DNA from: Thraustochytrium aureum
Taxonomy: Eukaryota
Assembly: GCA_012862495.1 (NCBI GenBank)
Contig: BLSG01000221.1
Coordinates: 1 to 64,000 of the forward strand
Reading direction: 5' to 3'
DNA: 64,000 nt
Shown here: positions 1 through 12,731 of the stretch, in pieces
How positions within the stretch are numbered: position 1 is the stretch's first letter
Layout: the number at the start of each line of letters is the position of its first letter
The notes under the pieces: model-generated
The model's database searches: none
Told to the model about the DNA's origin: nothing
The model's input: the letters and a program-made list of their open reading frames with translations, nothing else
Position numbers and translations under genes: made by a program

Positions 1-46
1 TCGGCTCGCCAGCAAGACCTCGACGGTGGCTTCCAATCTGGCTGGA

Positions 47-100
47 CAGCTCGCCCTGAACAGCTCGTCCTGAACAGCTCGTCCTGAACAGCTCGTCCTT
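47..100. repeat. 14-bp tandem repeat (CAGCTCGTCCTGAA), about 4 copies
   Basis: Read directly: cagctcgccctgaa cagctcgtcctgaa cagctcgtcctgaa cagctcgtcctt. Confidence 0.9.
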
Positions 101-260
101 TTCTTGATCAAAAGAGAGAAAGAGGAATGATCGAGAGGCGTGGCTGACTCGCAGTGCTGTGATGATCGTAACGGGTCTGAGGAGCGGCAGAGCCCGAAGC
201 GGCACGGCGGCTGCGCTGCGCTGCGGCGGGGCCGGCGTGGGTGCGGGGTCGATCGCAAGG

Positions 261-3200
261 ATGTCGCAGAGCAATCCGAAGACCGCGGCGAGACGGGACG
301 CCTTGGCCGCGAGGCGCGAGCGGGAGCGCATGGCGGCCGGCCCTGGGCTCGCGCCGAGGTTTTCTCTCGGGGAGAAGACCGCACTGCCGCAAGTCGAGCT
401 GCAGCAGGACTGGGAGGACGAGCGGGTGCGCAAAGCGAGGCAGAGGCACGTCGAGCTGTGCGAGCATTTTGCGAGGCGGGCGGAGCAAGCGGAGAGCCCA
501 AACGCTGTGCGGCAACATGCCACAGTTTGCGCGCCGAGCGAACGGAGGACAAAGCGGGCGGCGCGCTGGCGCCCCCCGGCGCTTGCGCCGGGAAAGCCCC
601 AGAGTCCACGCGCTCAGCGCCACCTGGCCGCACCCAACCCAGCGGGGTCGGTGGCGCACGCCTTCGACCAAGTCACAAGCGTCGCACTGGGCCAACGCGT
701 TGTTGCGAGTGGCGACGACGTCGGTGTGGCGCGTGTTGGACTCGTGGTCGGCGGCAAGGTCCCCGTTGGCCAAGTAAATCTTGCTCCCTACCTTGACGTA
801 GCGACGCGCGACGAGGCTAGCCGCGGTGCAGCACGCGGCGCGCGACACGGGGCCGGCGGGATACTCGGACAACCACGTGTCCACGCTGTTGCTCGCGTGC
901 AAGGCATGGAAAGGGACTCGCTCTGCGGCGCTGTTGATAGTGCGGCTGGTATATTCGCGCGGCTCCGCAAGTTTGACCAGCGGACCAAAACACTGGCCTC
1001 GCTCTCCTTTGACAGCGCCGTCAAGGCCGTGGTAAGCGTGCTTCGCGAGTGTGTGTTGGGCGTCGAGTCCGCAATGTACCTGCGTTGTAGCCACGCGCCG
1101 TTCGCTAGCTGCGACCTGCCCACCGTGGCGAGCAACGAGTCTCTGCGCGCCCAGCTGGCAGTGTGCTGCCCGCCCGGCGAGGTAGAGCTCGGCCCAGCAG
1201 CAAGCTGCGAGCTGCTAGAGGCGCTAGCGGCTGCCAGGCCCGGCGACGCACCAAGGTGGAAAGCTCTCGGGCAGGAATTCAACCTCCTGGCGGCTCCAGT
1301 GTACAATTCCAAGGCGTGCCTCCTGGGCGCCGTCTGCCTGAAGATGCGCAATCGCGACACAGATCTGGCCGAGGCTCCCCTGACAGCGATGCTGGTTCGC
1401 AAAGCCGCCGCTTTGGCCGGTCTCGTTCTGGCGCGCGAAACCAAAGAGGGGGTCTGTCAGACAGACTTTGACGCGCCGAAATTCGAGCGCCTGCACGCCA
1501 ACTGCAGCTCGTTGCACGTGCGACGATCGGCGCATCCAACTGTGGACCTCGGCCGGAACGTGATGCGAATTGTGGCGGTTTTATCCGACTTGGTGCCGAG
1601 AGCGGAACGCGTGCAGCTGTTCTGGGTCGACGCTCCTCGCGACGAGATCTTCACCGAACTCGCCCGAATCCCGGGCCACAAGCGCCCCGACGATCCGCAA
1701 GATCTGCGCAACAGTTTGCCGCAAGGAATGCGCGTTGTGCAGCACGAGCGCCTGGTTGCGTGTCGCCGCTCCTCGTCAGGTTTACCGACGACGAGTGGCT
1801 TGGAATCGTGGGCAGAGACTTTAGTAGAAGAGTTGCCCGATCCTGCCGACAGCAGCGAGCCAGCCATCCGCAAAGTGGTCTCATGCGAGCAGCTTCGTAT
1901 CTCTCTGAAAGACTGCAGCCACTTTGCTGCTCAGGCCGTCAGGGACGGCGTGACAGTGAACGCCGCGCTCGGTCCTGGCGCAGACCATGCTTCGACGGCC
2001 ACACTTCAGGTCCTCGGCCTCGCTTCTCTCCAACCTTCGAACGGGGCGTGGCAAGTGCTTGCGACTCCCATTCAAACTTCGTCAGGGCGCCCGCTCGCGG
2101 TCCTTGCCGTCCTGGGCCAAAGCAGGTACAGCTGGAGCGACCTCGCCAACCTTGAGGCCGTAGCCGCCGCTGCTCAGCCAACTCTAGAGACCGTTTCACT
2201 TGCTGAGGAGACCATTCGGCCAGCCCTTCGCGTGCACCTGGACAACAGCAACCGAATTGCGCGCCTTGCCGAGGAGATTCAGTTTTCGTCCAAGCTCGCC
2301 TCCATGGGGACCGTCGACGTCGCTGAAGACACCAAGGAAGACCTTTCCGGGGTCCCTGTCGCCCTTGAAGCGCGCGCCAGAGAGCTTCTTGGCACTTCAC
2401 AAGTCTCGCTCTGGGTTGAGCCGTCCGTGTCGCGCGTCCTGCAGAGAGGCAGTGAAGCATCTGAAGACCGAACCGCGGGCGCCAGCAGCTCGGCGCGTTT
2501 GACAGCCCTGGCTGAACCTGGTGCGAACGGNNNNNNNNNNNNNNNNNNNNNNNNNNNNNNNNNNNNNNNNNNNNNNNNNNNNNNNNNNNNNNNNNNNNNN
2601 NNNNNNNNNNNNNNNNNNNNNNNNNNNNNNNNNNNNNNNNNNNNNNNNCACCTGCTTGCCTGCAAGTCGGCACCCGCGCAACAGCCTGGACAACGCTGCC
2701 TTGAGCAACGCGCACAGCTGGCTCGTGAGAAGCCTGCAATTCGCCCAAGTGGCGTCGCAGCTGCTCCAGCGCGCGTGCATTCTGGCCCAAGCCCGCGAAA
2801 TGGTCAAAGCAAGCAAGAACCAAGAGCAAGACATGCTCGAGGTCGCGTCGAACGCATTCAAAATGAAAACTCAGCCGGTTGTCAGCGACCTTGACAACGC
2901 CGAAAATGTATGGGCCCCCGTGCCTGCTGTGCGCTCGGCTTCAGCGCTTGGACTCACGGCGCAGTACGAATCGCAGTGCCTTCCGCTAGTTCGATGGAGC
3001 GCGGCTCTCTTACGCTCGGAGCGCGTTTTGGTGCACCTCTTTGACCGCACGGTGTCGTCCCGCGAGTTGCTGCGCCTGACAGACGCAGGCGCCAGTTCTG
3101 TGCAAGCGCGTGCCCCGGACGTGGCAAACTTCGCGCGACGTACGGGCCAGACAACCGCGTTTCGGTTCTGCATGCCGCACTCACTCGGTCAAATGCAGCT

Positions 3201-5651
3201 TGTTCGGCGCAGGTCTGCGCCAAATGTCGCCAAGCCTAGCAGCCTTGATTCGTGCGACGGTACCGACGAGGAGGGCGACTCGAGCGCCACGAGCACTGAC
3301 AGCGGAGCGCGGTCTGGAACTGACTCGGACGGAGACCATCCCGCAAGGGCAAAACTCGGCCTGTCGCTCGAAGGCGACCGCTGCTGCGCCAAGATAGCCC
3401 GCCTCTACCGCTTGGCAGAGCTCAAGAGGCCGGCGGGCGAGCAGTATTTCGTCGAGATGCTCAACTGGCAAAGCGGACGGCGCGTTGGCGGCCCATCGAA
3501 TAGACTGTCTTCGACGCCAACGCCGACGTCGTCGGGCAAGCCGTCGCTGCGAGGCGGCTTCGACTTTGGGCTCGGTCACGAGAGCGACGACTCGGAAAGT
3601 GAGCTCGGGCAGAGCAATTCGGGCAGCGACAGCGACGAGAGCGAGGACCTCGGCAGATCCGAATGCAAAACTGGTCCAAACCGCACCTTGCCAAAGGAGG
3701 CCGGCTTGCAATTTGGCTCCACTCCGCACACTGTTAGTGCAGCGCACAGTTTGACGGCATGTGTCGACCACCCGGTAAACCGAGTTTCTGCGTCGGTGTC
3801 AACTCGGATGCGCCAGGCGGAGGCGGACAACCAAAAGGCCGCCACGACACGCCGCTTTTGGGCGTGCAGTGCCGGCCTCACCGTGCAGTACTTTCGGTCC
3901 AACTTGCCCCCTCCCATCCACGGCGGCATGTGGGGCCCGCGCGAGTTTGCGGGTGCTCTAGAAGCGAGCCGTATCCTTCTTCCGAGCGGGGCGGAGGCGC
4001 TCTTGGAACATTCCAATGCGCCGAGTCAGAAAGTCTCGGCAAATGAGCTCCCAACGGCGAAGGAAGCGCGCCCTGGCGCTGTCGGCCTTTTTGGCGAGGC
4101 GGAGGCGTCGTTCTGCGAAGCAATGGCGGGCGTTTGCTCTATTGCCCTCTGCAACCAGCACGAGTTGGAGGCCATCCAGGAACGCGTTCGGCGTGCCTCG
4201 CACCTGCAGCGAGTCCTCACTCTCGCTGCCAGTAGCGTAGTGCCACTACCAGAGCGACTTGCGGAGATTTGCTACAGTGTCCGCGCGCTGCTGTCGTGCG
4301 ACCGCGTCACTCTGCATCGAGTTGTGGAACGAGCATCTCTCGTCGTTCCCATTTTCCAGACGGATAGTGCGCTGCAGGCTGGGAGAATCGACTTTGCTCG
4401 ATCCACTGGATCGCATCAGAGCAGCGGATCAAAGGACGGCGAGCAAGAACCGCATGTTCATCGCAGGTTGATCGAGCTGACGGGCAAGACGCGAACGGCG
4501 CTGTGCGCGCGGCACAATATGCCGTTCGCCCACAGCAGCGTATTGACTGATGACGCGACCGCAGAGCAAGAAGAATCTGCTGACGGCGCACAATACACGA
4601 TTTGGTCCGAGTTGTGCGTCCCCCTTTTCGACAAGGTGCGCGACAAAATTGTCGGTGTCCTCCAGGCGTGCAACAAGGTACCGGTTCTGAGCCCTGGGGC
4701 TGTGCCGACGACCTCGCTCCAGCCCGCAACTTGCGACGATGACGAGCGTCGGCTGGCGATAGAAGCCTTCTCACGCGAAGACGAGCCCCTGCTCTTTGAA
4801 ACAGGGGTGGTTGCTGTCCTGGGCGACATGGCCAAGCTTTGCGATCTCAAGACGGCCAATCCGAAGGCGATCGAGGCGATCCGAAACGGAAAGGAGCCCA
4901 TGACGCTGGACGTCATGACCAAGACGATCATTATGTCAAAGGCCAAGTACACGTTTCTGATGGCTAGGCAGCGGGCGCGAGCGCGCCTTGAGCGAGCCGC
5001 GTCAACGCAACGAGCCAGCCTCACCAAGAGCGGGGTTTTTGCTTCAGGGCTCCGGCGCGCCCGAGATATCAGCGAGGGTAACGCTGCCGACAGCGAGGAG
5101 GAAGAAGAGGAGGGAAGGATGTTGGAGGACGACAGCGAAAAAGAGTACGAGATCAACTCGGACGAGGAGAGCGCACTCGGTGTTGGCCCCCTCCGCGCTT
5201 CGGAACCTGTTTTGAACCCGCAGAAGCTGCTGCGGCGAGCGACGCGGCGATTTGTACAAGATGAGCAGATGCGAATCGAACGCGAGCGACAGCTTGAGGC
5301 CATCCGGGGCGCGAAAACCGTGCCTGGGCCACGACCTTTCACGATGCAAGTGTTTCGCTCCTCGCGAGTTTTCGCGAGGAGGCCAAGCGCGTCGTAGATA
5401 GCAGCAATCGGCATCGGTCCAAGTTCAGCTTCAAGGAGAAGTACGCTGCGATGCTTTTGCAAAAGCTGCAGCCCAAGGAGCCGAGCGCACAAGAAGGCGA
5501 CGCGGATGGCACAAAGAGCGACGGAGCGGCCACTGCGCTGGTCGGCGGCAGTGATGATGCCGATTCCGGCACAACAGAAGGCGGAAGCGCGGGCAACGAC
5601 GCGGCTGCGAGCTCTGGTAGCAGCACCTCCGGGCCTGACGGCCTCTTGTGA
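261..5651 (+). CDS. Large multi-GAF-domain protein, interrupted by an N-gap (2531-2648) and a probable frameshift at ~5370
   Basis: ORFs 159..2894 and 2521..5397 join across the gap; ATG at 261 (MSQSNPK). GAF-like segments: 'LSCDRVTLHRV...ELCVPLFDKVRDKIVGVLQACNK...FSREDE' and 'AERVQLFWVD...VLATPIQTSSGRPLAVLAVL...YSWSDLANL'. Adding one T at 5369-5372 extends the frame (FREEAKRVVD...) to the stop at 5651. Confidence 0.7.
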
Positions 5652-5885
5652 CTCCCAGTTAACTATTTGCTGTTTGTGTTCTACACTAGCAGTGGCAGCC
5701 AGAGCTCTCTCTCTCTCTAGCGCGAGCTAGATGGGCCCCAGAGCCGAGAAGGCCTCGATGCCGATGCAAGTCGTCGTCGCTCTGTTGTCGTCCGTCTGTG
5801 CTGCCCGAGCGTCTGGCCGATCTCCAACCTTGCAGAGCTCGCAACAAGCGCACAGTTGGTTTGGTTCGGCCTCGCTCTTGTTCAA

Positions 5886-7144
5886 TCAAAAGGCAAAGTA
5901 TAAGGGGACCACACCAAGGACTGCGGCGATGGAGCCGAGAATCGCGCGCCAGGAAGAGCGTTCCCCTTTGATAAGAAACGCGACCGGAATCGCCCAAATC
6001 GGCGTCAGAGCCATCAACGTACTGAAGACCGCGAGCGGCAGTTGGAAGATAGCGTAGTTTTGCAACGACGGCGTCAGGAACGTTGTGGAGAAAATCCCGA
6101 CCACCACGAAAGCCATCCCGCGCCGATCGATGACAGGNNNNNNNNNNNNNNNNNNNNNNNNNNNNNNNNNNNNNNNNNNNNNNNNNNNNNNNNNNNNNNN
6201 NNNNNNNNNNNNNNNNNNNNNNNNNNNNNNNNNNNNNNNNNNNNNNNNNNNNNNNNNNNNNNNNNNNNNNNNNNNNNNNNNNNNGAGTATCACATTGAGC
6301 GCGGCAAACAGGTAGCCGCGACGCAGACCGGCCGCGCCGCCATTCGCAGTTTCGCCCTCCCGCCTTTGCCCCGACCCCCGTCACGAGACAGGGTCGAAAC
6401 GCCGGACCGCCGACGGACCGAGCCTGACGGTTGCACACAATCAGATGTTCCAAAGGCCGGCAAGTCCTGGGATGCACCGGGCGTTGCCGGGCCGTCCTGG
6501 AGGCGAGGTTCTGTGAAAGAGCAGTCTGTTGCCTCTACCAAAACAGTTGAGCCTGCGGGGTCGGAGGCACCTGCTTCGGCGCTAAACTGCAGGGCTACCC
6601 CACTTGCGAAGGCCTCCCCTTGACCAGCTTCGCTGTCCAGGCTGAGGAGCTGCGGGTCGGAGCCGGCGTCGCCGCTCGACGGAGGCTCGGCATGTCTTGC
6701 CTCCGTTTCCATGGACACGACAACGACGGCTGCCATCGTGATGGCCATTCCCACGATCCCCAGGGGCCTCAGCGGCTCACCAAACACGGGGACTGCGAGC
6801 ACAGCGGCAGCAAAGGGTTTGATCGAGTCCACGAGAATCACTCTCCTCGCTCCGATCCGTTTCATGGCCAGGAGCCATGCGCTGTCGCCGATCACGATGC
6901 CGATCAGCCCGGAGATGAGCAGCATCGCCACGCTCATGGCGTCCTTTTCGCCGGTCGCTTCGTCCGATGCAGCTGCCACCACTGCGACCGCGCAAGCGAA
7001 CAAGACGGTCGCCAAGGAGCACTTGAGCGTGTTGAGCCAGAACGCGCTGCCCGTCCAAAACACCTCCCAGAGCGTGAAGCCAACGGCCATCAGGAGAGGG
7101 GCTGCTATCGCTGCCAGCGTGCCCCATACTGAAGCTGCGACCAT
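5886..7144 (-). CDS. EamA/DMT-family membrane transporter (N-gap 6138-6284)
   Basis: Several hydrophobic helices with a DMT signature, 'LLISGLIGIVIGDSAWLLAMKRIGARR...FGEPL', and a second repeat, 'STLMALTPIWAIPVAFLIKGERSSWRAILGSIAAVLGV'. ATG at 7144 (MVAASVWG). Confidence 0.88.
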
Positions 7145-7575
7145 CGCGTCCTGCGCTCCGCGTGGCTTGCGGACCTGCCCGCGCCCGGCATTGCTGCCCT
7201 TGACATGGAGGGACTGCTGCCCTATTCGAAAGCAGTCAGGGTACAAAAAGCGTTGCGCGAGCCTCAGCCCCGCAACTGCAAAACGACGCACAACCCGATT
7301 CCATCCTCTGTCGCCCGGCGCAGGCCGCGCTGGACGAGAGCCGCCAGTCCTCTGCCAGTGGTTTGCTTTGCTTCCCTTGTTTGATGGCAGGCTGGGCGAC
7401 ACGGGACGCCGCCATTGGGACGCTGCTGCCAAGCAACCCGCCCCGGCACTACAGCACTGAATGTTGTCGTCTCTGCGCCAGTCTCTGATGAGCCGAGGCT
7501 CGGCGGGCTGGCTGGAAGCCGCGCCGCGTTGGAAGAAAAAGTCAATTGATGGATGGATGTGGCGCTCTACTCTAG

Positions 7576-9657
7576 CTAGTGAAACGTCAGGACAGGGTTG
7601 AGGCGGACCATGATCCCGCTTCCAGCAAAGCGGAGCGGCCGGGCGCGATGGGCATCGGGTTGTGGAGCAGGCACGGGATCTGCGGCTGGATTTGCCAGCG
7701 CCGCGCTCGAAAAACGAGTCTTCAAGAACGAGTTGCCGCGGTAGTGAACGGTGTCGCCAAAGGCAGCCTCAAACTCGGCCACTTTCGCACGGCAGACGAC
7801 GCCGAGCTTGGCGAGGATTGCGTCCACCCACTTGTCACATGTGGAGCCAAACATTTGCGCCATGGAAACGAAGCACCCGAGTCTCTCCAGTTCGGCAGTG
7901 TCTTCCTCTGTAAATGCATTGCTGGACTCGACCCGTCGTTGGCGAGCGAGATCCAAAGCGAGCACAGTGCGCTCGTGCAGGACAACTAGCTCGGCCACAG
8001 GCCTCCAGGCCTCAACCATATCGTGAAACTTCATCGCGCGAGCGGGGTCGGAGTACTTGGTCACAAGTTCCAAACGATCTAGTGGCGTCATTTCCAGAAG
8101 CTCAAACACCGCATTGAGGTCGCGCAGCAGCTGCGTCTCGTGGCTCCGTGGGCTAGCACGCTTTGAAACCTTGTCCCTGTTTTTCGTGGACTTTGAGCGT
8201 CTTTGGAAGCCAATCTCTGGCCTGAGGTCGTCCTTGGCGTCTTGGTCCGCGCTGCGGGGCGTGGGGGCCAAGCCACCCTCCTCTGTGCGTTGCTCGAAAG
8301 GAACGTCATTGTTGCCATTCTCCTCGCACTTGTGCTCCTCGCTGCCATCCAGCGGCGGAAGAGCTCCATTCGAGGCTGCTGTGTCTCTCTCTGCGGCGCT
8401 GCTTTTCTTCGGCTGCCGATAGATGCCGCCCGGATTTGTATTGTTCTTGCCGACTGGCGCAGCAACGCGCGGGTTTCGCAGCTTGACCATGTTTCCGCGA
8501 AACCCGAGTGCGCGAGCGCGCATAAAATCCTCGATTGGTGCGCATGTTGGTTCTGGATGTGGGCCCTCATTTCCCGGTTGTCTCGCGCGCTTTGATGCCG
8601 CCGCTGCAGCGCGCTTTGCAACGATACGGCGGTGATAGTCTTCAAAGCTCAAGACGGCTCCTTCGGCTCCTTCAAGTAAGGGTTCAGCTTGCTCGGCCTC
8701 CTGATCTGCGCCTTCCGAGTTTTCCGAGTTTTCCGAGCGAGGCGCATGCTCTGGGTTGGCCTGAGGTGGAGAGCCGCTTGGGGCCTGAGGCGACTTGGGG
8801 CGAACGCTCTGGCGCGATGTTGGCATCCCAGGGTTAGCTCCCACTAGATCAGCAGGTTCTGCGCGGCGGTTTCTGCGGAACGTGGCGGAGAGCTCCGCTT
8901 TGTTTTTTTCGTGAGCTGGTGCGTGCCTGAGGTTTTCCCGCACGAGCATCTCCTCGAGAATAGCATTTTCAAGCGCAGGGTACTTGAGCTGGCGCCTCAA
9001 ATCAACCGCGAGCTGTGCTTCGGCACGTAGCTGGTTGGCGTCCGCATGGAACACTTTGTTCGAGTCCAGCACGCGCTTCTTTGCCTCCGAACGGAGGCGG
9101 CCCTCGCGGGCCATGCTCCTGCCCAACAATACCACACGCTTGTGCACTGCAGTCCAGTCGGACGGCTCGAGTGTGAGAGCAAAGCGTTTGGCTTCTGGCG
9201 ACCGCAAGTAGCCTGCGCCGGGTTCGTTTGCGCGGGGGTGAAATTCTTCGAGCACCTCAGCGCACCTGACGTCGCGCGGGTCATCTTCATTCTCGGCGTC
9301 CTCGTCTCCGTCGTGGTGACCACCGCCAGGGCTGGCTGGACTCTCCCCGAGCGCTGCGCTTCCTGCTGTCGGTGGCCGTTCATCGTTGCCTGTCGTCCGC
9401 TGGGACTCTTTCGAGCCTGGGCGTCCCTCCCACGAAGCGTTTTGCGGGTTGCGCTTATAAAACCTGTTTGGCGGCTTGATCAGTTCAGCGATCGGCTGGA
9501 CGGTGCGCGTGTCCAGCATTGCTGCGCGCGAGGAGCACTGACCCCGGAGTTCGTTCAGTCGCAGCTCCCTGCACCGGCCTTGTCTCATGCTTGGCAAATC
9601 TCCAGCCCGGGGAGCGCCAGCCCCTGCTCCGCCATGCTTGCGATCCTGCTCCGCCAT
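7576..9657 (-). CDS. Protein with a CCDC87-like C-terminal helical domain
   Basis: 693-aa ORF. The C-terminal 'LNAVFELLEMTPLDRLELVTKYS...VEAW...FGDTVHYRGNSFL' resembles the CCDC87 C-terminus as recalled (L..LW..L......DM.IKYSS...W...FGE.V.FKG..YL). The N-terminal part is low complexity. Confidence 0.55.
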   Translation of the reverse strand: MAEQDRKHGGAGAGAPRAGDLPSMRQGRCRELRLNELRGQCSSRAAMLDTRTVQPIAELIKPPNRFYKRNPQNASWEGRPGSKESQRTTGNDERPPTAGSAALGESPASPGGGHHDGDEDAENEDDPRDVRCAEVLEEFHPRANEPGAGYLRSPEAKRFALTLEPSDWTAVHKRVVLLGRSMAREGRLRSEAKKRVLDSNKVFHADANQLRAEAQLAVDLRRQLKYPALENAILEEMLVRENLRHAPAHEKNKAELSATFRRNRRAEPADLVGANPGMPTSRQSVRPKSPQAPSGSPPQANPEHAPRSENSENSEGADQEAEQAEPLLEGAEGAVLSFEDYHRRIVAKRAAAAASKRARQPGNEGPHPEPTCAPIEDFMRARALGFRGNMVKLRNPRVAAPVGKNNTNPGGIYRQPKKSSAAERDTAASNGALPPLDGSEEHKCEENGNNDVPFEQRTEEGGLAPTPRSADQDAKDDLRPEIGFQRRSKSTKNRDKVSKRASPRSHETQLLRDLNAVFELLEMTPLDRLELVTKYSDPARAMKFHDMVEAWRPVAELVVLHERTVLALDLARQRRVESSNAFTEEDTAELERLGCFVSMAQMFGSTCDKWVDAILAKLGVVCRAKVAEFEAAFGDTVHYRGNSFLKTRFSSAALANPAADPVPAPQPDAHRARPLRFAGSGIMVRLNPVLTFH

Positions 9658-10156
9658 CGCTGCCCAACGAGGCTCTCCAAGGCCGGACGCGCGACCAGTC
9701 CACAGCCGAGGCGACAGTACTCAGGTACTCTGTGCACCTTCGACGCCGGTCCAGCTGGCCAAGCCCGCGGCAGCCGACGACCGAGCAGCCGGCAGCCGAT
9801 CTCCGCAAGCGCACTGCGGCCAGCAGACCGCCCGACAGCCACCCGACAGCCAGCTCTTCAATCAATCGGCCGGACCGCACCGCCCCAGCCGGCCGAGCAG
9901 CAACAATCAGGCAACCAAGCGCGCAGATCAAGCGCGCAGATCAAGCTCGCAGATGTCCGTTGGCCAATGCGACAACGCCGCCGGCCTGGATGGACACAGT
10001 TTGGTCCGCGGCCGCGCAGATGCCGTCGGCTCGGAGGCGGACAGAGATCGCTGGGGCTCGGAGCGAGCAAGCAACCGTGCTTGCAGAGTCCACGCGCGTC
10101 CAGGCGGTGGTGCAACGCACTCAAGCGGCGCCCCAGGCGGACAGAGCGCTTGTGCA

Positions 10157-10238
10157 GCTTCGAGCGCTTGGCTTCGAGCGCTTGTGGCTTCGAGCGCTTG
10201 TGGCTTCGAGCGCTTGGCTTTGAGCGCTTGGCTTTGAG
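10157..10238. repeat. Minisatellite GCTTYGAGCGCTTG(TG), about 6 copies
   Basis: Tandem 14/16-bp units read directly. Confidence 0.88.
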
Positions 10239-11541
10239 GTGTTCTGGCCGAGTTCAGGCGCGTCCAGGCGCTCGTGCAACGCAACACTACGTGCGGACGC
10301 ACCGTCTGCGCTCTACTTGCGGACGCTTGCGGCTTCGCAGCGGCGCGCGCTCGCGGGCTTCGCATGCGCGAGCAGGCCTTGCAGCAGCAGCAGCAGCGGT
10401 GGNNNNNNNNNNNNNNNNNNNNNNNNNNNNNNNNNNNNNNNNNNNNNNNNNNNNNNNNNNNNNNNNNNNNNNNNNNNNNNNNNNNNNNNNNNNNNNNNNN
10501 NNNNNNNNNNNNNNNNNNNNNNNNNNNNNNNNNNNNNNNNNNNNNNNNNNNNNNNNNNNNNNNNNNNNNNNNNNNNNNNNNNNNNNNNNNNNNNNNNNNN
10601 NNNNNNNNNNNNNNNNNNNNNNNNNNNNNNNNNNNNNNNNNNNNNNNNNNNNNNNNNNNNNNNNNNNNNNNNNNNNNNNNNNNNNNNNNNNNNNNNNNNN
10701 NNNNNNNNNNNNNNNNNNNNNNNNNNNNNNNNNNNNNNNNNNNNNNNNNNNNNNNNNNNNNNNNNNNNNNNNNNNNNNNNNNNNNNNNNNNNNNNNNNNN
10801 NNNNNNNNNNNNNNNNNNNNNNNNNNNNNNNNNNNNNNNNNNNNNNNNNNNNNNNNNNNNNNNNNNNNNNNNNNNNNNNNNNNNNNNNNNNNNNNNNNNN
10901 NNNNNNNNNNNNNNNNNNNNNNNNNNNNNNNNNNNNNNNNNNNNNNNNNNNNNNNNNNNNNNNNNNNNNNNNNNNNNNNNNNNNNNNNNNNNNNNNNNNN
11001 NNNNNNNNNNNNNNNNNNNNNNNNNNNNNNNNNNNNNNNNNNNNNNNNNNNNNNNNNNNNNNNNNNNNNNNNNNNNNNNNNNNNNNNNNNNNNNNNNNNN
11101 NNNNNNNNNNNNNNNNNNNNNNNNNNNNNNNNNNNNNNNNNNNNNNNNNNNTCAAGAGCGGGAAAGAGAGGGGAAAGGCGAAGCGCGCTGCGCCAGCAAA
11201 CGTGGCGCAAATGGAGGCCGAATCTACCCGCAGCCGCCACCGCGTCAAGCTCGAGCAAGACACTTTGGGCGCGCAACCAGATGCCACTGAGCAGCGCAAG
11301 CGGGTCAGGCGACGGGGGGCGAGCATCAAAGATGCGTCGTCCTGAATCGCTGCTGTGGGGCGAGCAAGACTCGGGCCTTTCTTGCTCAACAAGCAACGGC
11401 GCACTAACGTGATTGTTTGCTCCAAAGCAGGTGCGCAGTGAACTTGCCAGGTTTGCGCATAAAATCCCAGATATAAAGTTGACAAACTCTGCGTACCTCC
11501 ACTTGGCCGGAATAGGCCGACTTTTCGTCGTCGACACCGCC

Positions 11542-12731
11542 TCAGCGCATTCCCAAGAGCGCGTCTGAGTGGCGAGCGCGCCGGCTGTTTAGGTCTTCGA
11601 GGCCGCTGCTGAGCTTTGAGGCCAACGCCGCGACGTCTCGGCGCACCTTGTCCACTTGGCGCAAGCAGCGCTCAAGCTCTGTCGCGTCTACTGTCTGCCC
11701 CCCCGCGTCGCTGGGAAGGACCGGGTGAGAGAGCTCGGCAAGGCGAGGCGCAAAGTTTTGCCTCGCCGCTTCTTCAAGAGAGTGCGAGCCAAGCCGAACC
11801 GCGGCAGACCCTTGGGCGGCAGCGAGCTTGTCGATGTCTTGCGCGAGGCGCGCCGCGCCCTGGCTCACGGCAAGCCTCTCGATAAGCAGGCGGTTGCTGC
11901 TTGCAACACTCGCACCTGGCCCCCCAAGCTCCGCTGATGCAAACTCTGCGTGGGACGCCTCAGCCTCGCGCAACGCCACCTGCTCGTCGAGGCTGCCCAG
12001 CTCCGCCTCAAGCGCAAGACGCTCCTCCAGAAGCTCCGCATGATAAGCCCCATGCGCCTCGCTGCGGGCCTTGACGTGCACTGCTGCCTCCTCGAAGGCG
12101 CGCTGCTCGCGCAGCCTTGCGGCCTTTGCGCTGTTGACGGCCTCGGGCCAGGCCGGGCTCACAGGACTCACACTGAGCAGGTCGCGCCCTAGCGACGGGA
12201 GACGAGGCTCGCGAGCAAGTAAAGCGCTTGTCGTTTCTGGGTCCCCGCGCGAGCGGGGCCGAGGAGCTCAAGGCGCCGCCCCATCCGCTCGATGTCTTTC
12301 TCCAGCGCAGCATGGGAAAGCGCCCACACGAGGGTCTGCGCGCTCTTGCCTCTGGCCATATTGAGCGCTGAGCCGCGAGCGCAGCCAACGGGAATCACCC
12401 CGGAGCTCTCGAGCTTGGCCAACACTTGGCGCGCTCGCGTCTTGAAGTCTCGGCGCTGCGCGTTGTCGTGGACCGGAAAGCAGGTCGCAAAGTCCTTCTT
12501 CACCGCGCTGCCGCAGACTCTGACCAGGAGAAAGTGAAGCGCCGCGATCAGGCCCGTCTCATTGCTCGTGGCCCGGTCAAACATGCCTGGCCCAAGGCAA
12601 CCTTCGCCAGCGGTATCTCGAGCCCAAGTGGCTTCGGGTGAGTTTTCAAACCCTAGGAGCGCCAACTCCTTGTCCAAGGCTTCGGCAGCCACCGCGGCGA
12701 CGGCCGGCTCCCACGACGCCCCGGAGCTCAT
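11542..12731 (-). CDS. HAUS6: HAUS augmin-like complex subunit 6 (probable frameshift at ~12243-12246)
   Basis: HAUS6/AUG6 N-terminal pattern 'LALLGF...GMFD...N...ALHFLL...F..CFPVHD..QRRDFK...LE..G.IP...R.S...ARG...LVWALSHAAL'. One extra G at GGGG (minus strand) joins it to the coiled-coil ORF 11542..12171. Confidence 0.75.

Noticed and set aside
9046..11537. Long ORFs spanning the 10403-11151 gap, and similar X-filled ORFs elsewhere
   Set aside because: Their length comes from translating N runs and from GC-rich antisense frames; no motifs.
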